Source of the DNA: an uncultured beta proteobacterium
GTDB taxonomy: Bacteria; Pseudomonadota; Gammaproteobacteria; Burkholderiales; SG8-41
DNA: 64,000 nt
Direction: 5' to 3'
Assembly: GCA_903905655.1 (NCBI GenBank)
Contig: CAIVHG010000060.1
Span: 7,034-71,033, forward strand
Positions 45,554 through 54,388 of this stretch are shown piece by piece. The notes under the pieces are model-generated. The model had not been told where the DNA came from and made no database searches. It worked only from the letters and a program-made list of their open reading frames with translations. How positions within the stretch are numbered: the first letter of the stretch is position 1; the number at the start of each line of letters is the position of its first letter. The position numbers were made by a program, and so were the translations under genes.

Positions 45554-46912
45554 ATGAACGCCACCACCACCGCCCCGCCCAATATCGTCCTGATCCTCGC
45601 TGACAATCTCGGCTGGGGTGAACTCGGCTGCTACGGCGGCGGCGCGCTGCGCGGCGCGCCCACGCCGCGCATCGATGCGCTGGCACAAGAGGGGCTCAAG
45701 TTTCTCAACTTCAACGTCGAGTCGGATTGCGTGCCCACGCGCTCCGCACTGATGACGGGACGCCAGCCCATCCGCACCGGCGCGCTGCAGTCGGTGCCGG
45801 CCGGACTGCCGCAGGGCATCGTTCCCTGGGAAATCACGCTCGGGCAACTGATCGCAGGCAGGGGCTACGCCACCGCCTGCTTCGGCAAGTGGCATCTGGG
45901 CGACAAGGAAGGCCGCTATCCAAAGGACCGTGGCTTCGACGAGTGGTACGGCATCCCGCGCACCACCAACGAGAGCATGTTCACGGCTTCGCCGGGTTTC
46001 GATCCGCAGGTCGTGCCGCTGCCCTATGTCATGGAAGGCGTGAAGGGGCAGCCGGCCAAGAACGTGCACGTCTACGACCTGGAAGCGCGCCGCAGCATCG
46101 ATTCCGAACTGACCGCAAAGACCATCGACTTCATGACGCGGCAGGCGAAAGCGAAGAAGCCGTTCTTCACCTACGTGCCGCTCACCCACCTGCACTACCC
46201 GACGCTCCCGCACCGCGACTTCGCGGGCAAGACCGGCGCGGGCGACTTCGCGGATTCCATGCACGAGATGGACCACCGCGTCGGCCAGATCCTCGACGCT
46301 GTGGATGCACTGGGCCTGCGCGAGAACACGTTATTCCTTTTCGGCAGCGACAACGGTCCCGAATTCCGACAGCCCTGGCGCGGCACCGCGGGCCCGTGGA
46401 CCGGCACCTATCACACCGCGATGGAAGGCGCGCTGCGCGTGCCCTTCATGCTGCGCTGGCCCGGCAAGGTCAAACCCGGCGGCGTCACCAATGAAATCGT
46501 GCACATCACCGATCTCTACGCCACGCTCGCGCGCGTGGTCGGCGCCGAGTTGCCCAAGGACCGCGCGATCGACGGCGTCGACCAGCTCGATTTCTTTACG
46601 GGCCAGCAACTGAAATCGAACCGCGAGGGCTTCGTCTATTACATCAAGCAGGAATTGCGCGCAGCCAAGTGGCGCGACTGGAAGATGCACATCGTGCTGG
46701 AACGCGAGCCGAACGCGGGCGCCAACCACCTGGAGACGCCCTACATCTTCAACCTGACGCGCGACCCCAAGGAGGAATGCGACGTCGGCAATGAATTCAG
46801 CTGGGTGCGTACACCGCTGCGGCACATGATCCATGCGTTCCAGGATAGCCTGAAGGCGCATCCGCCGATCCCGCCTGGGGCGCCGGATGATTACGTGCCC
46901 GCGAAAAAGTAG
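45554..46912 (+). CDS. arylsulfatase-type (Cys-type, formylglycine-dependent) sulfatase, apparently cytoplasmic
   Basis: Track ORF 45515..46912. I prefer the ATG at 45554. NIVLILADNLGWGELGCYGG is followed by the signature CVPTRSALMTGR (C-x-P-x-R). GKWHLG and SDNGPE are present. No signal peptide is visible. Confidence 0.85.
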   Translation: MNATTTAPPNIVLILADNLGWGELGCYGGGALRGAPTPRIDALAQEGLKFLNFNVESDCVPTRSALMTGRQPIRTGALQSVPAGLPQGIVPWEITLGQLIAGRGYATACFGKWHLGDKEGRYPKDRGFDEWYGIPRTTNESMFTASPGFDPQVVPLPYVMEGVKGQPAKNVHVYDLEARRSIDSELTAKTIDFMTRQAKAKKPFFTYVPLTHLHYPTLPHRDFAGKTGAGDFADSMHEMDHRVGQILDAVDALGLRENTLFLFGSDNGPEFRQPWRGTAGPWTGTYHTAMEGALRVPFMLRWPGKVKPGGVTNEIVHITDLYATLARVVGAELPKDRAIDGVDQLDFFTGQQLKSNREGFVYYIKQELRAAKWRDWKMHIVLEREPNAGANHLETPYIFNLTRDPKEECDVGNEFSWVRTPLRHMIHAFQDSLKAHPPIPPGAPDDYVPAKK

Positions 46913-47191
46913 ATACAGTTAAACCACAAAGGCGCAGAGAAATACCAAAAAAGATTGCAATTTCAGGTCAGCATATGACCGGTACGGGGCGATAGCGAAC
47001 ACGCGATTCTCTGGCGCTTAGAGCTTTTCTCCTCTACGCAGACAGAGTTATGTAACGGGCCACGTAATCAGAAATATCGGGTCGATCCGGCAGCGCTGGC
47101 GGATCGCTGGCATTACTGCCGGTCACTCGATGCGTTGAAGCAGACTCGGTTGCGTCTGAGGGCGGGCAATGTTGTGCGTCGCCCCCAGGTG

Positions 47192-48157
47192 CTAATTAGC
47201 GCGTATGCCGGCGTCCTTGATCACCTTGCCCCAGCGTACCATGTTCGCTTTGATGGAGGCGCTGAGTTCTGCAGACGAGCTGCCGACCACGTCGGCGCCC
47301 GCGACGAAAAACTTCTGCTTGATCTCGGGCTGGTTCAGCACCTTGACGATGTCTGCGTTCAATCGGGCGATGAGCTTGGCGTCGGTCCTGGCCGGCGCAA
47401 ATGCAGCGATCTCAGTGCCCGACTCGTAACCGGGCAGCGTTTCCGCTACCGTAGGCAGGCTCGGCGCAAGCTCGGTGCGTTTCGCGGAGGTCACGGCCAG
47501 CGCCTTCAGGCGGCCCGTCTTGACCAGTGATGACACCGAACTCGCGAATGCGAACATCAGATGCACGCGGCCGCTGACCAGATCGTTATAGGCCGGCGTG
47601 GCGCCCTTGTAGGGGATGTGCACGATCTTGGTGCCGGTCATGGCCAGAAATAATTCTGCGGCCAGGTGGTTCGATGCGCCGGTCGCGCCTTCCGCATAAT
47701 TCAGTTCGCCCGGCTTGGACTTGGCCAGAGCGATCAGGTCCTTGACCGAACTAACGGGCAGCGCAGGATAGACGACGAGTATATTCGGCGCCGTCGTCAG
47801 CAGCGTGATATGCGCGAAATCCTTCATCGGGTCGTAGCGCACCTCGCTGCCGAGGAACGGCAGCAGCCAGATGCTGCTGCTATAGATCATCAGCGTATAG
47901 CCATCCGGATTCGCCCTGGCCAGCGTTTCACCTGCAATCAGGCCGCCCCCGCCACCGCGATTCTCCACCACGACCGACTGCTTCCAGAGATCCGCAAGGC
48001 CCTGTGAGACGACGCGCGCCGTGAAGTCTACGCCGCCTGCCGGATCTGCGGTCAACACCCGCACCGGCTTGATCGGATAATTCTGGCTGTACGCTGCGCC
48101 TGCAGCGAGTGCGATCGTGCAAACCGCAAGCAATCCCGGTAGACCCTTCTGCGCCAT
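47192..48157 (-). CDS. Bug/TctC family periplasmic substrate-binding protein
   Basis: It has a signal peptide followed by QNYPIKPVRVLTADPAGGVDF. PDGYT and IPYKGATPAYNDLVSGR are present. Confidence 0.9.
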   Translation of the reverse strand: MAQKGLPGLLAVCTIALAAGAAYSQNYPIKPVRVLTADPAGGVDFTARVVSQGLADLWKQSVVVENRGGGGGLIAGETLARANPDGYTLMIYSSSIWLLPFLGSEVRYDPMKDFAHITLLTTAPNILVVYPALPVSSVKDLIALAKSKPGELNYAEGATGASNHLAAELFLAMTGTKIVHIPYKGATPAYNDLVSGRVHLMFAFASSVSSLVKTGRLKALAVTSAKRTELAPSLPTVAETLPGYESGTEIAAFAPARTDAKLIARLNADIVKVLNQPEIKQKFFVAGADVVGSSSAELSASIKANMVRWGKVIKDAGIRAN

Positions 48158-48399
48158 CTTGAATTTCCTTTCTGCTGCCTGTCAAAAAACGAACGCGCTG
48201 CGTGCCGTCTGCCTCTAACATATGCGCCCGTCGCATTGCCGGCATCATGTGTCATGCGAAAATATACGCGAATTTCCCGCTGCCTGCGCAGCGAGACCGG
48301 CATATTGCCTGCAGTCGGCGCTTGCGGCAAGCTGGCGGCCGGCACCCGTCCGGTTTACCATGCGCTTCCTGGACCGAGATTTTGAAGGCAGAAAGAACA

Positions 48400-50688
48400 A
48401 TGGAAGCACACGCTACACCTAAGCACAGCGAAAACCGGGTGGAGGATCTGCGCCTGATCACCGGCGCCGGCTGCTACGCATCCGACTGGAATGCGCCGGG
48501 GCAGTTGTATGGCTTTTTTGTGCGCGCCGATCGCGCGCACGCGGCAATTTTGTCGGTGAATACGGCCGCCGCGCTCGCGCATCCCGGGGTAAAGCAAGTT
48601 CTTACCGGCGCCGATGCGGTGAGCGCGGGCTATACGAAGGCGCCGCACAACATGCAGATGCCCGGCCGCAACGGCACGAAGACGCTGGCGCCGTTGCGGC
48701 CGGCGCTGGCTCACGGCAAGGTGCACTTCGTCGGCGAAGCGCTCGCGTTGGTGGTGGCGGAGAGCGCTGCCATCGCGCGCGACGCTGCCGACCTCGTGGA
48801 AATTGAGTATCGCGATTTGCCGTGCGCGACCCGGGCGGAGCAGGCGCTGGCTGCGGGCGCGCCGCAGATACACGCTGAAGTGCCTGGCAATCTGGCGCTC
48901 GAATTCGAAGCCGGCGACGAACCGGCAGTCGCCGCTGCGTTTGCCAAAGCCGCGCACGTGATCCGGCTCAAAGTGGAGACCACCAAGGTATCCCCCAGCC
49001 CGATGGAGCCGCGCGCCTGCCTGGTTGCCTATGATGCAGCGAGCGACGAGTACACCTTCAACTTGTGCATGCAGGGCGTGACCACGCTGCGCAAGCAGCT
49101 CTCGTCCTATACCCAAGTGCCGGAAGAGAAGCTCAAGTTCGAAGTGCGCGACGTGGGCGGCGGCTTCGGCCAGCGCACCGTCGTGTATCCCGAGTATTGC
49201 GCGCTGATGCTGGCGGCAAAGGCATTGGGCAGACCCGTCAAATGGACTTCGACGCGGTTGGAGGGCTTTTTGTCCGACAACCACGGGCGCGGCAACGTCA
49301 TAGCCGGCGCGCTTGCGCTCGACCGCGACGGAAAATTCCTGGCGATGCGCATGGACTGGATCGTCGACGTCGGCGCCTATCTGTCTCCCGGGCCGCAGGG
49401 TCATATACGCAACACGCGCATGGCGATGACCGGCGTCTATCGCATACCCGCGCTTTACGCGAGCTATCGCGTCGCAGTGACCAACAGCGCGCCCATCGGC
49501 TCGTACCGCGGCGCGGGCCGACCGGACATCGCGTATGCGGTTGAGCGCATCGTCAATCATGCGGCGGCCGAACTCGGCATCGATGCCGTGGAACTCAAGC
49601 GGCGCAACTTCATTCCGCCGGAGGCCTTTCCTTACTCGACCTCGACCGGCACCAGCTACGAGATTGCGGATTTCCCGGGCCTGCTGCTGCAGGCGCTGGC
49701 GCAGGCCGACTGGGACGGCTTTCCAAAGCGCCGCGCGCAGTCGGAGGCGGCGGGCAAGCTGCGCGGCCGCGGCATCTCGACCGTCATCGAGAACACCGGC
49801 ATCGGCCCGCAGGAAGAGGTGGAACTCAGGCTGGCCGCGAGCGGAGTGGTAGAGGTGCATACCGTCACCAAATCCCAGGGGCAGGGGCACGAGACGACGC
49901 TGGCGATGATCGTCGCCAAGACGCTCGGCATTCCCCGCGCGCAGGTCAAGGTAGTGCAGTGCGAGGCGGGCACCAAGCTGCGCGGCAGCCACACCGGAGG
50001 CTCGCGCAGCATGGTGGGCGCGGGCGGCCTCAGTCACGTTGCAGCAGAGAAGCTGATCGAGCAGGGCAAGACGCTGGCCGCCCTCGAGTTCAAGGTCGAG
50101 CCCTCGCAGGTCACGTACTCACAGGGCGAATTCCGCTCGAGCGAGAGCCAGCGGGTGATCACGCTCGGCGAGCTGGCCAAAGCAGGCACGATCAGCGCCA
50201 TCGCCGAAGGCCAGTTCAACTCGACTTATCCGAACAGCTGCCACATCGTCGAGATCGAAATCGATCCCGACACCGGCGCGCCTAAAGTCGTTTCCTATAA
50301 CGCGGTGGACGACTGCGGCGTCATCATCAACCACACCATCGTCGAGGGTCAGTTGCACGGCGGCGTGGTGCAGGGCGCGGGCCAGGTGTTCGGCGAGCAC
50401 ATCGTCTACGACGAGCAGTCGGGACAGATGCTCTCCGCGAGCTTCATGGATTATCCGATGCCGCGCGCCGGCGTAATACCGAGCCTGCGATTCGTGCCAC
50501 GTCCGACCCCGAGCAAGGTGAGCCCGATCGGCGTCAAGGGCATGGGCGAGACCGGCTGTACGGCTTCGCTGCCGGCGCTGGTCGACGGCGTGCTCGATGC
50601 GCTGCGGCCGCTGGGCGTGAAGCACCTCGACATGCCGCTCACGCCTTCGAAGATCTGGCACGCGCTGCAGGCGGCGAAGCAAAGCTAG
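48400..50688 (+). CDS. xanthine dehydrogenase / aldehyde oxidase / CoxL-type molybdopterin-binding subunit
   Basis: Track ORF 48202..50688. I prefer the ATG at 48400 (MEAHATPKHSENRVEDLRLITGAGCYASD). It carries an SYRGAGRP loop (AYRGAGR-like) and a GMGE motif near the C-terminus. No FeS or FAD subunit genes are nearby. Confidence 0.85.
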   Translation: MEAHATPKHSENRVEDLRLITGAGCYASDWNAPGQLYGFFVRADRAHAAILSVNTAAALAHPGVKQVLTGADAVSAGYTKAPHNMQMPGRNGTKTLAPLRPALAHGKVHFVGEALALVVAESAAIARDAADLVEIEYRDLPCATRAEQALAAGAPQIHAEVPGNLALEFEAGDEPAVAAAFAKAAHVIRLKVETTKVSPSPMEPRACLVAYDAASDEYTFNLCMQGVTTLRKQLSSYTQVPEEKLKFEVRDVGGGFGQRTVVYPEYCALMLAAKALGRPVKWTSTRLEGFLSDNHGRGNVIAGALALDRDGKFLAMRMDWIVDVGAYLSPGPQGHIRNTRMAMTGVYRIPALYASYRVAVTNSAPIGSYRGAGRPDIAYAVERIVNHAAAELGIDAVELKRRNFIPPEAFPYSTSTGTSYEIADFPGLLLQALAQADWDGFPKRRAQSEAAGKLRGRGISTVIENTGIGPQEEVELRLAASGVVEVHTVTKSQGQGHETTLAMIVAKTLGIPRAQVKVVQCEAGTKLRGSHTGGSRSMVGAGGLSHVAAEKLIEQGKTLAALEFKVEPSQVTYSQGEFRSSESQRVITLGELAKAGTISAIAEGQFNSTYPNSCHIVEIEIDPDTGAPKVVSYNAVDDCGVIINHTIVEGQLHGGVVQGAGQVFGEHIVYDEQSGQMLSASFMDYPMPRAGVIPSLRFVPRPTPSKVSPIGVKGMGETGCTASLPALVDGVLDALRPLGVKHLDMPLTPSKIWHALQAAKQS

Positions 50689-50731
50689 CTGAGGTGTGGC
50701 TCGGTGCGTGCGCCTGAAGGCGCCGTCAAAA

Positions 50732-51871
50732 TCATTTCCAGAGACGCGCCGAGGCGAGCTTCGCCCCTGCGACCAGCGACTGCAGCTTCGCCCACGCGAT
50801 CGTCGGATGCACGCGCGGCCTGGATCTCACGCGGGTGGAAAATCCGCAGTCCGTGCCCGCGATCACGTTCTCTTTGCCGACGATGCCGGCGTAGCGCTCG
50901 ATGCGCTCGGCCACCAGCTCCGGATGCTCGACGAAATTGGTCAGCGTGTCGACGGTGCCGGGGATGATCATCTTGCCGTCCGGCAGCGGATGGTCCCGAA
51001 AAATCTTCCACTCGTGCGCGTGCCGCGGGTTCGCGCCCTCGAAGGAGTAGGCACCCACGTTCGCGCGGTAGACCACGTCGATGATCTCGGCAATCGGCAC
51101 GTCGCGCACGTGCGGCCGCTCGGCATTGCCCCAGCACATGTGCAGGCGCACGCGGTCCGCGGGTATGCCTTCCAGCGCGTGGTTGATGGCAGCGATATGC
51201 TGCTCGACCAGCTTGCGGTAATCGCCGTAGGTCTTGTCGGCAAACTCGTGGCGGCCCCAGCAGATTGCGAGGTCCGGGCTGTCGAGCTGCAGCAGAAAAC
51301 CCGCGGCTACGATCTTGCGGTACTCGTGCTTCATGGCATCGGCCACGGCGAAGATGAACTTTTCTTCGTTGGGGTAGTAATCGTTCGGGAAATTGAAGCA
51401 CACCTGTCCGGGCGACACCGCCGGCATGAACACCCCCACCGGGGAGACGCCCTGCAGCGCAGTTTTGAGCGTAGCGATGTCGCGATCTATGTATGCATCG
51501 CCGCGCCAGGCGACCGGTCCGTTGCATGCAGGGTGGATCTGCGGTTCGCCTTGCGCATAGTACTCGGGGAACATGTCCGCTTCGACCGACGGCGGCTGGG
51601 CGCGCTCGGCGCCGTCGAAGCCGGTGACGCGCTCGGTGATGTACGTCGAAAAGCCGCTCTTGCTCATCTCGCCGTCGCTGATGACGTCGAGGCCGGTGGC
51701 GAGCTGCTGGCGCACGATGCCTGAGACTGCCTCCCGTACTTGCTTGTCGAAGTCGGGGTTGACGGCGAATCTGCGCTGATCGCCGCCTTCGACGTTGTGT
51801 TCAACGATGGCCGCAGGGCGCGGCAGGCTGCCGGTGTGGGTGGTCAGTATACGTTCGGTGCTGTGCTTCAT
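50732..51871 (-). CDS. cobalamin-independent methionine synthase (MetE C-terminal domain)-like family protein
   Basis: 379 aa. ILTTHTGSLPRP and DVISDGEMSK are present. HMCWGN and AGTDCGF provide the Zn-ligand-type His/Cys pattern of Meth_synt_2. Confidence 0.8.
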   Translation of the reverse strand: MKHSTERILTTHTGSLPRPAAIVEHNVEGGDQRRFAVNPDFDKQVREAVSGIVRQQLATGLDVISDGEMSKSGFSTYITERVTGFDGAERAQPPSVEADMFPEYYAQGEPQIHPACNGPVAWRGDAYIDRDIATLKTALQGVSPVGVFMPAVSPGQVCFNFPNDYYPNEEKFIFAVADAMKHEYRKIVAAGFLLQLDSPDLAICWGRHEFADKTYGDYRKLVEQHIAAINHALEGIPADRVRLHMCWGNAERPHVRDVPIAEIIDVVYRANVGAYSFEGANPRHAHEWKIFRDHPLPDGKMIIPGTVDTLTNFVEHPELVAERIERYAGIVGKENVIAGTDCGFSTRVRSRPRVHPTIAWAKLQSLVAGAKLASARLWK

Positions 51872-51958
51872 CGTGTCCTCTGCTCTGGGGTGGTGCCTTT
51901 AGTGGCGGCATCCTCGTTCATCATGGCGGCAATGCATTGAAACGTGGCATTGCTTAGC

Positions 51959-51967
51959 ATTCTACCA
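51959..51967 (-). promoter_or_regulatory. candidate extended -10 (TGGTAGAAT) upstream of the MetE-like gene
   Basis: The minus strand reads ...CATTTGGTAGAATGCT... about 85 nt upstream of the ATG at 51871. A 7-bp hairpin (GCAATGC...GCATTGC) lies in the leader. This is inspection only. Confidence 0.25.
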
Positions 51968-52107
51968 AATGAAGGTCTGCTACGCGGAGTACACTTCGTC
52001 GAGTCGGGCTGACGTAGCGCATTCGTCAATTCATGAGGGATGGATTTTCTGGAAAGCGCAAGGCAAAGTCGGGCTTGCGGCGCGCCGGACGCGCGCGGAC
52101 TCTCAAC

Positions 52108-52896
52108 TCACTGTGGTTTGAAGAGTGGAGCGAAGTCCTTATCCATGGTCAACAGGTGGTGGGAAACGACGTTGACTGTGAAATCCATGAGGTCGCCCAA
52201 CGTCGACAGGCCGAGTTGAGCGCTGGCATGGAGGGCGTCTCCTTTGATAAGTATCTCGCTGTGGGCGGCCTTATGCGCCTTGAGGCGTGCATAGTGGTGC
52301 TGTTCGAGGAGCGCCTCTTCGTGGGCGAAGTGCAGCTTGATGTGCACGAGCAGGTCATTGAAAGCGGCGTGGAACGCATCCCGATTTGCTGGCGTCCCAA
52401 AGGATGCGTCCATCACTGCGTTGGCGAGCGCGTAGAGTTCTTTGTGCTCGCCATCGATGACGGCATTTCCGCACTCATTGGGGCTGTCCCAGATGAGATG
52501 CAGATTGTTTTGGTTCGCTTCTATCTCCCATTGGCCGGTGACGCCGCTGGCGCGGTGATCGATGTCAGCTTTGTTGACGAGGTGTTTCAAAGACTGCTCG
52601 GCGCTGGCCTGGTGCAGCGATTCGTCGAAGCGGTGACGGGGATTGAGGCGTCGTTCGACGAACCCAGAGTCGGGTACTGCATTCGCGGCTGGATGAGCGG
52701 CTTGATCGGGGTGCGGGACGATTGGGTCAGTGCTCTTGGGGGCCGTGCTTTGCGCGGGGGTGTCGCTGCCGCGATAGCGGCATCCTACACAGGCGGTGAC
52801 GGTGCGACGCAGTCCCGACCAATGCGTTTTCACCTGTGCCGTGTATTCGGCATAGGTGAGCCGGCAATGGTGACATTCCAGGACCAGCTTTGCCAT
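52108..52896 (-). CDS. fusion protein: N-terminal 4-Cys zinc-ribbon-like segment, linker, and C-terminal hemerythrin-like metal-binding domain
   Basis: The N-terminus has ECHHC...(22 aa)...CVGC. The C-terminus has WDSPNECGNAVIDGEHKELYALANAV...HIKLHFAHEEALLEQHHYARLKAHKAAHSEIL...VVSHHLLTMDKDF, which is the bacteriohemerythrin H/E/D ligand pattern. Confidence 0.7.
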   Translation of the reverse strand: MAKLVLECHHCRLTYAEYTAQVKTHWSGLRRTVTACVGCRYRGSDTPAQSTAPKSTDPIVPHPDQAAHPAANAVPDSGFVERRLNPRHRFDESLHQASAEQSLKHLVNKADIDHRASGVTGQWEIEANQNNLHLIWDSPNECGNAVIDGEHKELYALANAVMDASFGTPANRDAFHAAFNDLLVHIKLHFAHEEALLEQHHYARLKAHKAAHSEILIKGDALHASAQLGLSTLGDLMDFTVNVVSHHLLTMDKDFAPLFKPQ

Positions 52897-53131
52897 TTCG
52901 AATCCTTCGCTGCCGGCGCTTAGTGGCGATTTGCTGTGAGCAATGTTACGCCACTAACGTATGAAGAATGTCAGGGTTTTGAGCTATCGCTGCTAAATAG
53001 TGCAAAATTCCCGGCTTGCCCAATCGAGCAGGGGGCAGCGATTGCAGCCTGATTGCGAGCGTGGCTGATCCCGGTGGGTGTGCCGTAAACGCAAGGGCTT
53101 CCTGGTCCGGCAACGCAGCGACAGGCGCTTT

Positions 53132-54340
53132 TTACTTTGGCAACTCGAGCATCACTGCACGCGGCACCAGCGAGTTTTGGCACAGCCTCTGCAGCGATGC
53201 GTCCGTGCTGGCGAGGCAATCCTTATGCAGCGCAAGAAACGCGCGGCCGCCTGCGGTCTCGTGCCAGAACCAGCGCTGGATCCCGCTGGCGTCCGGTGCG
53301 CCGGGGCGCGCTGCGGCCGCTTCGTAGTAATAGGTGCGTATGTCTTCACACATAAGCTTAAGCGTTTCGCCTGCGCTGAGATTGTCGATGCTGTCGACCT
53401 TGTGCTCGCGCAGAAAGCGCGTGATCTGATCTGCGGCTGCGGCGACGGTCAGCTTGCTCAGGCCAACCATGCTGCGGCCGCGGCGCTCGATTGCGCGCTC
53501 GTGCCAGGGCCGCAGCTCTTCGACTTCGCGCACGAACGCAGTGCCAATGTCCTCGTTCTTCGCGGCTGCGAAGCTTGCCGGACAGGCGGCGCCCTGCATA
53601 TCATCCGGCGTCGCCGGCGCATCCTCAGGATAATCTGCAAGCACCGGACCCGACGGTGCATCGAGCAGCTTCAGTGCGGCAAGCAGCACGCGCTCCTGAA
53701 ACGCGGCATCGTTCGGCACGCCGAACGGGCGCCCCAGCATGAACGGTACCCAGAGTGCGCGCGGCGGGTTGATCGCCGCCGTGTGCTCGCGGATTAACGA
53801 TATCTGCGTGGTCGCCACACCGGAGGCCTCGATGTAATGCGCTAGTGCGCCGACGGCGCACGTGCAGTTTGGTCATATCGGGGTCAGCAGCACCGCATCG
53901 ACGTGGTCGCCTTTGAGCAGCGCTGCCATTTCGCGCGCCTTCGCCTCGAGCTGGCGGATCTGCGTTGCGCCCATGAACGAATAGTGCAGGTCAGCCACCG
54001 ATCCGATGACTTTGCGCTGCGCTAGCTCGTTAAGGCGGTCGATCGGAAACGCGACGTTGTAATCTTCCTGAAATCCGGTGCGGTCAAAATTGACCGATTG
54101 GTGGCTCATCACGAGCTCTGAGGCCTTGGTGTCGCCCGGAATAATCCGATAGTCAGTGGCGCTGGGGCCGAACGGGCGATCGGTCTTTCGGTGCACGCCG
54201 GCGGTGGTGACGATCGCGACGCGGCATTGCGCAAGCGGCGGCGGCTGGACCCATGGCCGGCCGTCGAAGCCGCCGAGCTCCTTTATCTTATCGAGCTTGT
54301 TCTTGCGGTCCCACTCCGGCAAATCAGCCAATCGAACCAT
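53132..54340 (-). CDS. GrdB/PrdB-family (glycine/sarcosine/betaine/D-proline reductase selenoprotein B-like) protein with an in-frame TGA read as selenocysteine (402 aa, U at codon 156)
   Basis: Track ORFs 53873..54340 and 53132..53818 are in the same frame, and the only stop between them is the TGA at 53873..53875. The continuous translation is ...KGDHVDAVLLTPI-U-PNCTCAVGALAHYIEASGVATTQISLIREHTAAINPPRALWVPFMLGRPFGVPND... The N-terminal part (RVAIVTTAGVH...DYRIIPGD...LVMSHQSVNFDRTGFQEDYNVAFPIDRL) matches my recollection of the GRDB family. A SECIS-like hairpin follows the TGA. Confidence 0.7.
53845..53861 (-). promoter_or_regulatory. candidate bacterial SECIS stem-loop
   Basis: The mRNA reads UGA-CCAAACUGCAC(11 nt)-GUGCGCC-GUC-GGCGCAC. 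This is a perfect 7-bp stem (17 nt in total) with G-U in the apical loop, starting exactly 11 nt after the UGA. That is comparable to the minimal E. coli fdhF SECIS geometry. Confidence 0.5.
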
Positions 54341-54388
54341 TTTCGATCGTCCTTATTATCTTGTACTGCTGATGGGTAAACAGCGCTC

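Noticed and set aside
51872-52107. Possible SAM or B12 riboswitch in the leader of the MetE-like gene.
   Set aside because: The predicted leader is only about 80 nt with one simple hairpin, and I could not recognise any conserved riboswitch core sequence. An Rfam scan would be needed to exclude it formally.
52490-52660. RRLNPR (RRxxxR) motif in the linker of the hemerythrin fusion as a possible PilZ c-di-GMP site, given the nearby diguanylate cyclase.
   Set aside because: The second PilZ motif (D/N-x-S-x-x-G) is not present at the right spacing. Only about 55 residues are available, which is too short for a PilZ barrel. I treat it as a chance match.
53819-53875. Alternative readings of the TGA at 53873..53875: two separate genes, or a pseudogene.
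   Set aside because: These are not fully excluded but are judged less likely. The frame is continuous, the Cys-rich motif follows directly, and a 17-nt perfect hairpin sits exactly 11 nt downstream. Sec machinery genes cannot be confirmed from this window.
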